DNA of 64,000 bases from an uncultured Chloroflexia bacterium (GTDB lineage Bacteria > Chloroflexota > Limnocylindria > Limnocylindrales > CSP1-4): contig CAVVCZ010000006.1 in the NCBI GenBank assembly GCA_963746845.1, positions 384,001-448,000 on the forward strand, in the 5' to 3' direction. This document shows, in pieces, positions 44,052-54,473 of this stretch. The position numbers were made by a program, and so were the translations under genes. The notes beneath the pieces are model-generated. The model searched no databases and had not been told where the DNA came from. It was given only the letters and a program-made list of their open reading frames with translations. Numbering within the stretch: the first letter of the stretch is position 1; every line of letters begins with the position of its first letter.

Positions 44052-44879
44052 ATGAGCGAGCCGACCGTCGTCACCCTGGCCGACCCGGAGGCGTGCTCGC
44101 TCGCGGCCGCGGAGCGGATCGTCGAGATCCTCGACGTCGCGATCGACGACCGGGGCGAGGCCCACTGGGTCACGACCGGCGGGTCCGCCCCGGGCGGCAT
44201 CTACCGCCACCTCGCGTCCTCGCCGCTGCGCACGGAGATCGACTGGCGAAAGGTCCGGCTGTGGTGGACCGACGACCGGTTCGTCCCGATCGATCACCCG
44301 CTCTCGAACGCGAAGCTGGCCTACGACCTGCTGCTCGACTACGCGGCGTTCACCGGGGAATCCGGGACGGGATCGTCGGGGATCGACGTGGAGGCGGGTC
44401 GCGCCGCCGGGGTCCCGATTCGCACGGACGACGTCCACCCGTTCCCGGTCGGTGCCGCGATCGGCGAGGGTCGCGACACGCACTGGTGCGCCGCCCGGTA
44501 TGTCGAACAGCTCCGAGCCGACGGACCGGAGGAGAACGACGACGGGCTGCCCGCCTTCGACCTGATCCTGCTCGGCATCGGGCCGGACGGCCACATCCTG
44601 TCGGTGTTCCCGGAGTCGGAGGCGTTCGACGACCGGGCGTGGGCGCTGGGCGTGCCGGCACCGACGCACGTCGAGCCGCATGTCGCCCGGGTCACGCTGA
44701 ACCCGAAGCTCGTGCCGGCGGCGCACGAGATCCTCGTCGTGGCGACCGGCGCCGAGAAGGCCGACATCCTGTTCGACATCCTGCGGTCGCCGGTGGAGCC
44801 GCGGCGACTGCCCGCCCAGCTGGCTCGTCGCGCCGGCGCGACCTGGATGCTCGATCGGGCCGCGGCCGCCCGACTGTGA
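44052..44879 (+). CDS. pgl: 6-phosphogluconolactonase
   Basis: TGGSAP, DDRFVP..HPLSN, LLGIGPDGHILSVFP, RVTL, GAEKA. Confidence 0.93.
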   Translation: MSEPTVVTLADPEACSLAAAERIVEILDVAIDDRGEAHWVTTGGSAPGGIYRHLASSPLRTEIDWRKVRLWWTDDRFVPIDHPLSNAKLAYDLLLDYAAFTGESGTGSSGIDVEAGRAAGVPIRTDDVHPFPVGAAIGEGRDTHWCAARYVEQLRADGPEENDDGLPAFDLILLGIGPDGHILSVFPESEAFDDRAWALGVPAPTHVEPHVARVTLNPKLVPAAHEILVVATGAEKADILFDILRSPVEPRRLPAQLARRAGATWMLDRAAAARL

Positions 44880-45352
44880 CGCACGGGTCCGACCCGTCGC
44901 GGGTCGCGATCCGGCCGGCCACGGCCGGGGATGCTGCAGCCATCTCGGACGTCTTCCTCGCATCGTTCCACGCGACCTACGACTTCCCGCTCGCGCACAC
45001 GGACGATCAGGTCCGGGCGTGGATCGCCGATGCCGTGGTTCCCACCGGTGACACGTGGGTCGCCGTCGACGGCGACGTGGTCGTCGGGCTGATGGTCGTC
45101 GGCGGTGGAGACCTCGACCAGCTGTACGTCGCGCCGGACCGGCTCGGCGAGGGGATCGGCCGGCGCCTGCTCGACCTCGCGAAGGAGCGCTGGCCCGGCG
45201 GGCTCCGCCTCTACACGTTCCAGGTCAACGAGCGGGCCCGCCGGTTCTACGAGCGCAACGGGTTCGCCGCCGACTGGTTCGGCGACGGGTCGGCCAACGA
45301 GGAGGGCCAGCCGGACGTCCGCTATGTCTGGTCGCCAGTGGACCGCGCATGA
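44876..45352 (+). CDS. GNAT family N-acetyltransferase
   Basis: IRPATAGD, LYVAPDRLGEGIGRRLL, NERARRFYERNGF; GTGA overlap with pgl. Confidence 0.9.
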   Translation: MTHGSDPSRVAIRPATAGDAAAISDVFLASFHATYDFPLAHTDDQVRAWIADAVVPTGDTWVAVDGDVVVGLMVVGGGDLDQLYVAPDRLGEGIGRRLLDLAKERWPGGLRLYTFQVNERARRFYERNGFAADWFGDGSANEEGQPDVRYVWSPVDRA

Positions 45353-46248
45353 CGTTCGAGCCGGGCGCCGAACGCGCGCCCTCGCGCCTCGTCCCGTCCC
45401 CGGACGGCGTCCAGATCGCGGTCTTCACGTCCGGAACCGGGCCGCCCCTCGTCCTCGTCCACGGCGCCACGGCCGACCACACGACCTGGCGCACGTCCGG
45501 GCCCTTGCTCGGAGGGCGCCATGCCCTCCACGCGATCGATCGCCGCGGCCGGGGCGGGTCCGGGGACGGACCGCCGGGCGAGCCGTACGCGATCGAGCGC
45601 GAGTTCGACGACCTGGCGGCCGTCGTCGAGGCGATCGCGGCCGCGACCGGCGAGCCGGTCGACGTCGTCGGGCACTCGTACGGCGGCCGCATCGGGCTCG
45701 GCGCGGCGCTCCGGACGGACCACCTCCGCCGCCTCGTCGTGTACGAGGGTGCGCCGCCGGCGCCGGACGGAGCCGGCTACCAGGACGCCGACGCGGCCAC
45801 GCTGCGACGGGTCGAGACGCTCGTCGCCGCGGGCGATCGCGACGAGGCGCTCGCGACCTTCATGCGCGAGATCGTGGGAATGCCGGCGGCGGAGCTCGCG
45901 GGCTTCCGGGCGAACCCGATCTGGGCGCGTCGCGCGGGAGCAGTCGACACGACGATCCGCGAGCTGCGCGCCGAGACGAGCCCGGCGGGCTCGCTCGCCG
46001 CCCTGGGGGCCGTGCGCCAGCCGGTGCTCCAGATCCTCGGAAGCGCCAGCGCGGCCCCGTTCGCGGAGGCGACGTGGGCGCTGAACGGGCAGCTGCGGAA
46101 CGGCCGCGTCGTCACGATCGAGGGCGCACGGCATGCGGCCCACCACACCCATGCCGCCGCGTTCGCGGACGCCGTCGAGGCCTTCCTGGCGTCCCGTTCA
46201 TCGGCGAGACGGCGCGTCGAGCGCCCGACGGATACCATCGACCCATGA
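45349..46248 (+). CDS. Alpha/beta fold hydrolase
   Basis: LVLVHG, DRRGRGGS, GHSYGG nucleophile elbow, GARH. Confidence 0.9.
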   Translation: MTFEPGAERAPSRLVPSPDGVQIAVFTSGTGPPLVLVHGATADHTTWRTSGPLLGGRHALHAIDRRGRGGSGDGPPGEPYAIEREFDDLAAVVEAIAAATGEPVDVVGHSYGGRIGLGAALRTDHLRRLVVYEGAPPAPDGAGYQDADAATLRRVETLVAAGDRDEALATFMREIVGMPAAELAGFRANPIWARRAGAVDTTIRELRAETSPAGSLAALGAVRQPVLQILGSASAAPFAEATWALNGQLRNGRVVTIEGARHAAHHTHAAAFADAVEAFLASRSSARRRVERPTDTIDP

Positions 46249-47378
46249 CCGACGCCACCGCCGCGGCACCCGTGCCGGCGGCCACCCCCGATGAGCGCCC
46301 GTACTCCCCGGGCCTCGAGGGCGTCCTCGCCGGCGAGACGTCGCTGAGCAAGGTCGACGGGGCGAACGGCCGGTTGATCTACCGCGGCTATCGGATCGGC
46401 GATCTCGTCGAGCATGGTACGTATCACGCCGTCGCAAACCTCCTCTGGACCGGCGACTGGGATCCCCGCGCCCGCCTCAGCACCGCGCCCGTGCCGCACG
46501 CGGTGCTGACGGCGCTGCAGGCACTGCCGACGACGACCAAGCCGATGGACGCGCTTCGCACTGCGGTGTCGGCGTGGGGCGCGACGCAGGCGCTCGCGTA
46601 TCCGCCGACGGTCGAGCAGGCTCGAGCTCTGACGGCCGCGTCCCCGTCCGCGCTCGCCGCGTTCGCCCGGATTCGGGAGGGCAAGGATCCGATCGAGCCC
46701 GATCCGTCCCTCGATCTGGTCGAGGGCTTCCTCTATCAGCTCAAGGGCGAGCGCCCGGACGCCGGGACGGCCCGGGCCCTCGACGCCTATTTCATCGTCG
46801 GCGCCGAGCACGGCTTCAACGCCTCGACCTTCACGGCCCGCGTCGTGACCTCGACCCAATCGGATCTCGCGTCCGCGGTCTGCGCGGCGATCGGGACGAT
46901 GAAGGGGCCGCTCCACGGTGGCGCACCGTCCGAGGTCGTGGACCAGCTCTCCCAGGTCGGCTCGGTCGAGAACGCAGAGAAGTGGCTGACCGAGGCGCTC
47001 GACCGCCACGAGCGACTGATGGGCTTCGGCCACCGTGTGTACCGCGCCTACGATCCGCGTGCCGCGGCCCTCCGCAAGGTCGCCGAGGGCATGGAGCACA
47101 AGCCCGACTGGCTCCAGCTGGCGATCCAGGTCGAGGACGTTGCGCTCCGATTGCTCGCTGAGCGCCATCCGGACCGGCCGCTGAAGACGAACGTCGAGTA
47201 CTACGCAGCGCCGGTGCTCATGGGCGTCGGCCTCACGCCGGACCTGTTCCCGGCGACGTTCTCGCTGGCCCGCCACGCGGGCTGGACCGCCCACGCGCTC
47301 GAACAGGCCGCGAACAACCGCCTGATCCGCCCGGACGTCCGGTACGTGGGCCCCGCGGAGCGCGACCTGCCAGCCTGA
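46245..47378 (+). CDS. Citrate synthase (short type; citrate/2-methylcitrate synthase family)
   Basis: GLEGV, LIYRGY, EHGFNASTF, GPLHGGA, MGFGHRVY, DPRA, TNVEYY. Confidence 0.93.
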   Translation: MTDATAAAPVPAATPDERPYSPGLEGVLAGETSLSKVDGANGRLIYRGYRIGDLVEHGTYHAVANLLWTGDWDPRARLSTAPVPHAVLTALQALPTTTKPMDALRTAVSAWGATQALAYPPTVEQARALTAASPSALAAFARIREGKDPIEPDPSLDLVEGFLYQLKGERPDAGTARALDAYFIVGAEHGFNASTFTARVVTSTQSDLASAVCAAIGTMKGPLHGGAPSEVVDQLSQVGSVENAEKWLTEALDRHERLMGFGHRVYRAYDPRAAALRKVAEGMEHKPDWLQLAIQVEDVALRLLAERHPDRPLKTNVEYYAAPVLMGVGLTPDLFPATFSLARHAGWTAHALEQAANNRLIRPDVRYVGPAERDLPA

Positions 47379-47381
47379 CGT

Positions 47382-48341
47382 TCAGCTGGCGACGCCCCCG
47401 AGGAAGCCGTCGACCAGGCTCGCCACCCGGACGGGGTCGTCGAACCACGGCATATGGCCGGCGCCGTCAACCACGGCGAGCTCTCCCTGCGGCAGGACCT
47501 CAGACATTCGCCGCCATGTCGCGACGCCGCCGACCGGATCGGCCGTTCCGAAGATGTGCCGCGTCGGTGCATCGATCCTCGACAAGTCCGCGTCCTCGAA
47601 CGGGAAGCCGTCGCGCCAGCGCGCTCCCCGGACGAGGCGGCGAACCATGTCGCGTTCATGCCGCATCGCGTGCGTGTCATTGGTCAGGGCCACCCGCCAG
47701 TCGATGAAGGTGTCGGGAATCCGGCCGTCGACGAGGCTCGGCCCGTGCCCGCTGTCGCGAAGGATCGACCGTGTCCGATCGGCGCTCACAGGCAACCGGA
47801 CGATCAGGGCACCGAGGGGCGACGCAAGTAGCCGGATGAACGACGGCGGCGGAACGTCGGCGACGAGCGGCCCTCCGCCGAGCAGGACAATCCGCTCAAC
47901 CCTGGTCCGATGGTGCTCGGCCAGGCTCAGCGCCCAGACGTTGCCGATGGATCCACCGATCACCGAGGCTCGTTCGATCCCAAGGTCGTCGAGGACATCG
48001 CGCAGCAGATCGGCGGCGACGTGTCGGTAGTCCCGAGCATCGACGTCGAGCATGTCGCTCTGTCCCCAGCCCGGTCGCTCGAGGACAATGAAGCGAGCGT
48101 TCCCCAGGGTCGAGATCAGCGACGGCCAGGAGCCCGGGCCCACCGTCCCGTGGACCAGGAGGACAGGGCTTCCTGAACCCACCTCGAGGACCCGGACGGT
48201 CGCGGCCGAACCGGAAAGTCGGACGAGTCGGGAGCTCGGACGCAGGCCGTATGAGGCCCAGAGAGCCTCGTCGACCTGGCCGAACCGACTGGCGGTTGAT
48301 CGACTTGCGATCGATGCGACGTCGTCGACTGACATGTCCAC
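47382..48341 (-). CDS. Alpha/beta fold hydrolase
   Basis: VLLVHG, RPGWGQS, GGSIG, GTADP, GAGHMPW. Confidence 0.88.
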   Translation of the reverse strand: MDMSVDDVASIASRSTASRFGQVDEALWASYGLRPSSRLVRLSGSAATVRVLEVGSGSPVLLVHGTVGPGSWPSLISTLGNARFIVLERPGWGQSDMLDVDARDYRHVAADLLRDVLDDLGIERASVIGGSIGNVWALSLAEHHRTRVERIVLLGGGPLVADVPPPSFIRLLASPLGALIVRLPVSADRTRSILRDSGHGPSLVDGRIPDTFIDWRVALTNDTHAMRHERDMVRRLVRGARWRDGFPFEDADLSRIDAPTRHIFGTADPVGGVATWRRMSEVLPQGELAVVDGAGHMPWFDDPVRVASLVDGFLGGVAS

Positions 48342-48344
48342 TTC

Positions 48345-49481
48345 TCAGTCCGAGACGGGGATCGCGGGCCGGAGACCCGAGCTGGCGGGCATCCGGACCC
48401 GCTCCGCGATGCGGTCGACGACGTACTTCGCATCACGGCCCGCACCCGCGACGAGCATCGACGTGAACGCGTAGCTGAACGGGACGCCGAGGAAGTACAG
48501 CCCGGGGACCGTCCGGCTGACCCCGCGGACCTCGTCGGGGTAGCCGTCGGGACCGGTGATCGGCACGCCGATCCACGAGTAGTCGCGGCGATAGCCGGTG
48601 CACCAGATGACGTTCGCGACGTCGATGATGGTCCCGTCGGCGAGGAGCGGCTTTCCATCCCTGGCACCGACCGTCTTCGCGTTGTGACGCTCGACGCCCG
48701 CGGCGTCCAGGTCGGGCAAGCGGATCCGGAGGAGCGGTCCTCCGCCGTGACGCACGTGCGGGCGCATCGCGCGGCCCATCGGCGTCCGGATGGTCAGGAC
48801 GTGGCCGAAGACGAACGAGACGACCGGCCAGCCGACCCGGCCCCGCCTGGAGTCGACCCCGAACGGCAGCTGGCCGGCGGCCGTGCCCGACACGATCGTC
48901 CGATGCGTCTTCGCGGCCTCGAAAGCGACGTCGGCACCGGAATGGGACAGGCCGACGACCAGGACGGGGCCATCCTGGAGCTGGCTCGGGTCGCGATAGG
49001 CATGGGAGTGCAGCTGGCGGATCGCCGGGTCGAGCTCGCCGGCGAACGGGGGCACGTTCGGGATTCGGAACGCTCCTGTCGCGACGACGACCTGGCGGGC
49101 GGCGATCCGGCGACCGTCGGCGGAGATGACGAAGCCCTCGCCGCCCGGCGCAGGATCGACGCGCTCGACGCGGATTCCGCTACGCACCGGTAGCGCGAAG
49201 CGATCGGCGTAGGCCGTCAGGTAGTCGCCCATCTCGGCGCCGGTCGGAAAGTGGAACGCCCGAGCGGGGAAACGGAAGCCGGGAAGCGAGTCCCAACGGG
49301 CCGGGCTGTAAAGACGCAGCGAATTCCAGTGCTCACGCCAGTGGTCGCCGATCCGCTCATCGGCGTCAAGGATCACAAAGGGCAGGCCACCCCTGGACAG
49401 ATGGTAGCCGGCCGACAACCCGGCCTGGCCGGCCCCGATGACCACGGTGTCGATCGGCTCGATCTCCGTCTCGCTGTTCAT
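48345..49481 (-). CDS. Flavin-containing monooxygenase/FAD-NAD(P)H oxidoreductase (CzcO/ArsO-like)
   Basis: VIGAGQAGL, WNSLRLYSP, VVVATG, VLVVGLSHSG, IWCTGY, GLYFLG; GGAGG RBS before ATG at 49481. Confidence 0.88.
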   Translation of the reverse strand: MNSETEIEPIDTVVIGAGQAGLSAGYHLSRGGLPFVILDADERIGDHWREHWNSLRLYSPARWDSLPGFRFPARAFHFPTGAEMGDYLTAYADRFALPVRSGIRVERVDPAPGGEGFVISADGRRIAARQVVVATGAFRIPNVPPFAGELDPAIRQLHSHAYRDPSQLQDGPVLVVGLSHSGADVAFEAAKTHRTIVSGTAAGQLPFGVDSRRGRVGWPVVSFVFGHVLTIRTPMGRAMRPHVRHGGGPLLRIRLPDLDAAGVERHNAKTVGARDGKPLLADGTIIDVANVIWCTGYRRDYSWIGVPITGPDGYPDEVRGVSRTVPGLYFLGVPFSYAFTSMLVAGAGRDAKYVVDRIAERVRMPASSGLRPAIPVSD

Positions 49482-49587
49482 GTCACGCCTCCGGGTCGAT
49501 CGTTCGAGGATTCGGAGGCGACCGACCGGCCAGCCGGCCGCCGATGACGACCCTAGGTTCGGGGACGGGGAGACGCATCGGCGGAGA

Positions 49588-49618
49588 TACCCAATCGGCC
49601 GAGTGGCCGGTATGGGTA
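49588..49618. promoter_or_regulatory. Imperfect palindrome TACCCA..CGGCC-GAGT-GGCCG..TGGGTA, candidate LuxR-family operator
   Basis: Lies between the LuxR gene and the start of the flavoprotein gene. Confidence 0.45.
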
Positions 49619-49638
49619 CCGCCGGTCTGGAGCAGCCG

Positions 49639-51273
49639 TCACACGAGGCGGTGCTCGTAGGCGAAGGCAGTCGCCGCAGCCCGCGACGAGACATCGAGCT
49701 TCGTGAAGATGTTGCTGACGTGTCGGTCGATCGTCCGCTCGCTGATCCCGAGGTCGGCAGCGATCTCGCGGTTGGTGCGGCCGCTCGCCACGAGTCGCAG
49801 CACCTCCAGCTCCCGCGGGCTCAGACCGCCCGGCGCGGGCGGTGGCGTGCCGGAGATCTCGTCGACGTGGTCGCGATCGGGAACAGCCCCGAGCTCGTCG
49901 AACACGTCGCGGGCGGCGGCGAGCTCGATTGCCGCGCCGTCGGCGTCGCCCAGTGACCGGCGTGCGCGGGCGATCGCCACGCGGACGCGAGCGCCCTCGT
50001 ACGGCGCATCGAGTGCCTGCCACAGCTCCCAGGCCCGTCGCAGCGACACGAGCGCGCCCATTGCGTCACCCGCCGCGAGGCGGACGAGGCCGTCGGCCCG
50101 CGCGGCGATGGCTCGGAGGAGGGGCGGCTTGGCCGCCGGCCCGGCAAGCCCCGCGAGCTCGCGGACACCTGCCTCGGCCGCCGGAATGTCGCCGGCGGCG
50201 AGCATGATCTCGACATAGGGCTCGAGCAGGCGCGGACGAGCGATCGGGTCCGCCTCGTCGAGCGCACGTCGGATGGCCGCGCCGGCCGCGCGGCGGTCGC
50301 CCAGGGCGAGACGGACAAGCGCGAGGCCGGGATCGGGCTTGCGGCCCCACTTCGCGCCCTCACGGTAGGCAGACTCGGCTGCCGCGAAGTCGCCGCGGAG
50401 ACGGTGGAGCTCGGCCTGCTGGTAGAGCGCCTCGCCGACCGCCGGCTGAGGCGGTGGTCGGGAGAGCCAGTCGTGGGCCCGGCCGACCTCGATGACTGCG
50501 TCTTGCCACAGGCCGTGGAACTGCAAGAGCTCCGCCCGGAAGACCAGGCACCGACCGCGGAACGGCACGGCGTCCGGCTGGGAGTCACACCACCGATCGA
50601 GGGCCGCGGTCCACTCCTGGGCCCGGCCGAGGTCGAAGACTGCCTGGTACGCCTCGATCGAGCCGCAATACACGATCCCGACATTCATCGGCGACACCTC
50701 GCCGGTGGTGACCGCGACCATGGCCTCGTCGAGGAGCGCGATCCCGCGGTCCACCTCGCCGAGCGCGATCAGAGTCTCGCCGCGCCCGAGGCACGACAGC
50801 GCCAGCAGGTCGCGATCGCCGAAGCGCTCGGCGACGACGCCGACCTGATCAAAGATCGACATGGACTCGGCCACCTCGCCCTGATCGCGCGCGCGGAGCG
50901 CGAGGGGAACGAGCAACAACCCGCGTTCGACACAGTCGACGCCGGTCTCGTCGAGCAGCCGCGTCGCCCGGGCGTGCCAACCACCGGCCTGGGCGAACTC
51001 CCCGCGCTGACCGAGATTCATGACGATGTGGTAGGCGTGCCGGACCGCCCGGATGGGATTGCCGTCGCGGAGCGCGGCCAGGTGCGCCCGCTCCCACGTC
51101 CGGTAGGCCTCGTCCGGCCGACCGAGCATCTGGAGAGCCGTCGCCAGCCGTTCCAGGTCATCGATCTCGAGCTTGTCGTCGGCGTCCGCCGAGCCGAGGC
51201 GGTCCGCCACCTCGCTCCACGCGCGCCGATCGAACGCGTCGTGAGCGAGGTCGAGATCCGTGGAAGTCTTCAC
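49639..51273 (-). CDS. LuxR-family transcriptional regulator with TPR-like helical N-terminus
   Basis: C-terminal LSPRELEVLRLVASGRTNREIAADLGISERTIDRHVSNIFTKL. Confidence 0.92.
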   Translation of the reverse strand: MKTSTDLDLAHDAFDRRAWSEVADRLGSADADDKLEIDDLERLATALQMLGRPDEAYRTWERAHLAALRDGNPIRAVRHAYHIVMNLGQRGEFAQAGGWHARATRLLDETGVDCVERGLLLVPLALRARDQGEVAESMSIFDQVGVVAERFGDRDLLALSCLGRGETLIALGEVDRGIALLDEAMVAVTTGEVSPMNVGIVYCGSIEAYQAVFDLGRAQEWTAALDRWCDSQPDAVPFRGRCLVFRAELLQFHGLWQDAVIEVGRAHDWLSRPPPQPAVGEALYQQAELHRLRGDFAAAESAYREGAKWGRKPDPGLALVRLALGDRRAAGAAIRRALDEADPIARPRLLEPYVEIMLAAGDIPAAEAGVRELAGLAGPAAKPPLLRAIAARADGLVRLAAGDAMGALVSLRRAWELWQALDAPYEGARVRVAIARARRSLGDADGAAIELAAARDVFDELGAVPDRDHVDEISGTPPPAPGGLSPRELEVLRLVASGRTNREIAADLGISERTIDRHVSNIFTKLDVSSRAAATAFAYEHRLV

Positions 51274-51327
51274 GAGGGCATCGGCTCCGCGGTCAATGTA
51301 CCCCGCGGGGGCGGCCCTGCCGTCAGG

Positions 51328-52329
51328 TCAGAGCCAGCCGCGCCGGCGGAACAGGATCGTCAGCATCACGAGCACGAACGCCATGAGCGCGACCACGACC
51401 CAGAACGAGAACGGCTCGTTCTCGCCCGGCACCGGCACGTTCATGCCGTAGATCGACGCGATCAGCGTGAGCGGCAGCAGGATCACCGAGGTCGCGGTCA
51501 GGATCCGGAGCGAGTCGTTCAGCCGGTGGGACAGGACCGACTCATTCGTGGATTCGAGCGCCTCGGCGACCTCCTTGTAGTTCTCGAGCGTGTCCCAGAT
51601 GCGCTCGGCCGCGTCGGAGATGTCATCGAAGTAGATCTCGAGCTCCTCGGCGAGGTAGCGCTGCTTCGTGCGCTCGAGGTCGCGGAGGACGGCGCGCTGC
51701 GGCCGGACGATCCGCCGGAAGTTGATGATCTCCTGCTTCGCGTTCGAGATCGCCCGGACGATCGCACTCGAGCGGCCCTCGAGGATGTCGTCTTCCAGCG
51801 CGTCCAGCTTGTTGCCCATCTTCCGGAGCATCGGGAAGGCCGCGTCGACGTTCGTGTCGACGATCTTGTACAGGAGATAGCCCGAGCCCTTCGAGAACGT
51901 CGACTCGCGCACCTCCTCACGGGCCTCCATCCGTTCGAACATCGCCGCGAGCGGCGGGAGGGCCGTCTCGGTGAACGTGATCAGGTAGTCGGGCCCGACG
52001 AACATGTCGAGCTCGGCCGTCAGCAGCCGGCCGGACGCCTTCTCGAACACGGGGAAGTGCAGGACGATGAAGAGGTAGTCGTCGTACACGTCCAGCTTCG
52101 AGCGCTGGTTGCGCGAGTAGACGTCCTCCCAGTCGAGTGGGTGGAAGTCGTAGCGCTCCTCGAGCCACTCGCGGTGGGCGAGGCGGGGATCCTCGACATG
52201 GATCCAGCGGAGGCCGCTGGCCTCGACGATGCGGGGCTCGACTACCTCGCCGGGGCCGGGCGCGTTCGAACCGCCGGCCGGGATCGGTCGGCGCAGCCGC
52301 GGGCGTGGGAGCGGCGGCAGGTTCGGCAT
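51328..52329 (-). CDS. corA: CorA-family Mg2+/Co2+ transporter
   Basis: FHPLDWED, RSKLDVYDDYLFIVLH, LPLTLIASIYGMN signature, two C-terminal TM helices; start set to ATG at 52329. Confidence 0.93.
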   Translation of the reverse strand: MPNLPPLPRPRLRRPIPAGGSNAPGPGEVVEPRIVEASGLRWIHVEDPRLAHREWLEERYDFHPLDWEDVYSRNQRSKLDVYDDYLFIVLHFPVFEKASGRLLTAELDMFVGPDYLITFTETALPPLAAMFERMEAREEVRESTFSKGSGYLLYKIVDTNVDAAFPMLRKMGNKLDALEDDILEGRSSAIVRAISNAKQEIINFRRIVRPQRAVLRDLERTKQRYLAEELEIYFDDISDAAERIWDTLENYKEVAEALESTNESVLSHRLNDSLRILTATSVILLPLTLIASIYGMNVPVPGENEPFSFWVVVALMAFVLVMLTILFRRRGWL

Positions 52330-52569
52330 CGACTGGGAGGCTTCATGGCGGTCGGCCGCATGGTAGCCGGTGCGATGCGGACCGCGCCACCCGCCGAACG
52401 ACCCGGCCCAACGACGGGGGCACACCCGCGTCTGCGATCGTCGCGGATGGGCGTGGCTGGCAAGGCGGCGGGGAGGAGCGGAGCGAGCGGGCTTGAAGGC
52501 CCGTGAGCGAGCACCGCAGTCGCCGACGCAGTCCAGCATCGTCCAGGCGCGACAGCCCGGGACGCTACG

Positions 52570-53469
52570 CTAATGCTGTGCCTGGTCCGCGCGGGCCTCC
52601 CACAGGACGTGCTCGGGCGTCTCGAGCTGGAACGTCGAGTGGTTGATGTCGAAGTCGGCCGACAGGCACGTCCCGAGGTGATCGAGGATGTCGCCGGGCT
52701 TGGCCTCCTCGCCGAGCACGACGTGGGCGGACACGACGTTCATCCCGCTCGTGATCGTCCAGGCGTGGAGGTCGTGGACGTCGACCACGCCGGGCGCCTC
52801 GCGGATGTGGCGCTCCACGTCGCCAAGATCGACCCCCTTCGGCGTCGCCTCGAGCAGGACGTCGACACTGTCGCGGAGAAGCAGGCCGGTCCGCGGCACG
52901 ATCAGGATCGCCACGACCAGCGACGCGACGGCGTCCGCCTGGTGCCAGCCCGTGAGGGCGATGACCAGGCCCGCCACGAGGACGGCCCCCGCGCCGATCA
53001 GATCGCCGGCGATCTCGAGATACGCGCCGCGCATCGTCAGGCTTTCGCGCTGCCCGGGCGCGAGGATCCGGAGTGTGACGATGTTGGCCAGGAGCGCGAT
53101 CGCGGCGACGACGATCACGATCCCCGGCCGGACGTCCGGCGGCGCGAAGAACCGCTGGACCGCCTCGATCGCGACGATCAGGGCGATCACGAGCAGGAGC
53201 ACCGCATTGGCGGCGGCAGCGAGCATCTCGAGCCGGTACAACCCGAAGGTGCGGGTGTCGCTCGGCGGCCGGGACGCGAGGCGGATCGCGACGAGCGAGA
53301 GCGTCATCCCCGAGACATCGGCGAAGACGTGCGCCGCGTCGGCCATGAGCGCCAGCGAGTTCGCTGCGATGCCGGCGACCAGCTCGACGACGAGCACGAC
53401 GAGCCCGATGCCGATCGCGGCACGCAGGCTGCCGGCGTGCCGGCCGGCCGCCGAATGGGAGTGGGCCAC
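52570..53469 (-). CDS. Cation diffusion facilitator (CzcD/ZitB-like Zn/Co/Cd exporter)
   Basis: NSLALMADAAHVFAD, TFGLYRLE, LLEATP, VHDLHAWTI, HSTFQLE. Confidence 0.93.
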   Translation of the reverse strand: MAHSHSAAGRHAGSLRAAIGIGLVVLVVELVAGIAANSLALMADAAHVFADVSGMTLSLVAIRLASRPPSDTRTFGLYRLEMLAAAANAVLLLVIALIVAIEAVQRFFAPPDVRPGIVIVVAAIALLANIVTLRILAPGQRESLTMRGAYLEIAGDLIGAGAVLVAGLVIALTGWHQADAVASLVVAILIVPRTGLLLRDSVDVLLEATPKGVDLGDVERHIREAPGVVDVHDLHAWTITSGMNVVSAHVVLGEEAKPGDILDHLGTCLSADFDINHSTFQLETPEHVLWEARADQAQH

Positions 53470-53549
53470 GAACGGAGCGTAGCGCCCCGCGCCCGCTTGA
53501 TCGAGTACCGTCAAGGTGCCGGGCGGACCGGCGGCGACGCGGAGGCTCG

Positions 53550-54473
53550 ATGACGGCGGTCCCGGACGGATACGGGGTGCTCGAGGCCCACGGCTACGGC
53601 AAGCGCTATCGGCGGACCTGGGCGCTGCGCGGTGTCGACCTCACGGTTCCCGCGGGGAGCATCACCGCCCTGGTCGGGCCGAACGGCTCGGGCAAGTCCA
53701 CCCTGATCCGCAGCTGGATCGGCTTCGAAGGCGCGACCGAGGGGCGGCTCCTGACCGGCGGGGTCGATCCGCAGCGCGACCGGGCCGCCGCGGTCGCCCT
53801 CGTCGGCTACGTGCCGCAGTCGCCGTCGCTCTATCGGGACCTGACTGTCGCCCAGCACGTCGAGCTGGCCGCGACGCTTCGCGACGGGTTCGATCCGGCG
53901 ATGGCGAACCGGTACATCGAACGGCTGTCGATCGACCTCTCCGCGAAGGCCGGCGAGCTGTCCGGCGGCGAGGGGGCGCAGGTCGGGCTGGCCCTGGCGC
54001 TGGCGACGCGCGCCTCGATCCTCCTGCTGGACGAGCCCCTCGCGAGCCTCGATCCGCTCGCCCGTCGCGAGTTCCTGCACCTGATGGTCGAGGCGGTCCG
54101 TTCGGTCGGGGCGACCGCGCTGCTGTCCTCGCACGTGATCACCGACATCGAGCAGGCCTGCGATCGGCTGGTCGTGCTCGGCCGGGGCCACACGCTCCTG
54201 GACCTCCCGGTCGCCGACGCGATCGCCCATCACCGCGTGATCGAGGGCTCGCCGGCGGAGGCGGTTCGCGCGGCCGGCCCGAACGCGGTGATCGGCAGCT
54301 TTCCGGCACCCGACGGGGTACCGCTGTCCCTCGTCCGGACGCCGCCGGCCGACGACCCTGGCGCGGCCCCGCTGGGGCGGCCGGCCACTCTGGAAGAGAT
54401 CGTCATCGGGCATCTCGCCGCGGGCCGGATCCGGGCGGCCGCCGCGGCGGCTGCCGCGGGACGGGCGGCATGA
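53550..54473 (+). CDS. ABC transporter ATP-binding protein
   Basis: GPNGSGKST, LSGGE, LLLDEP, SSH. Confidence 0.92.
   Translation: MTAVPDGYGVLEAHGYGKRYRRTWALRGVDLTVPAGSITALVGPNGSGKSTLIRSWIGFEGATEGRLLTGGVDPQRDRAAAVALVGYVPQSPSLYRDLTVAQHVELAATLRDGFDPAMANRYIERLSIDLSAKAGELSGGEGAQVGLALALATRASILLLDEPLASLDPLARREFLHLMVEAVRSVGATALLSSHVITDIEQACDRLVVLGRGHTLLDLPVADAIAHHRVIEGSPAEAVRAAGPNAVIGSFPAPDGVPLSLVRTPPADDPGAAPLGRPATLEEIVIGHLAAGRIRAAAAAAAAGRAA

Noticed and set aside
52330-52569. M-box/ykoK or other metal riboswitch upstream of corA
   Set aside because: No recognisable conserved riboswitch sequence or terminator by eye; would need an Rfam scan
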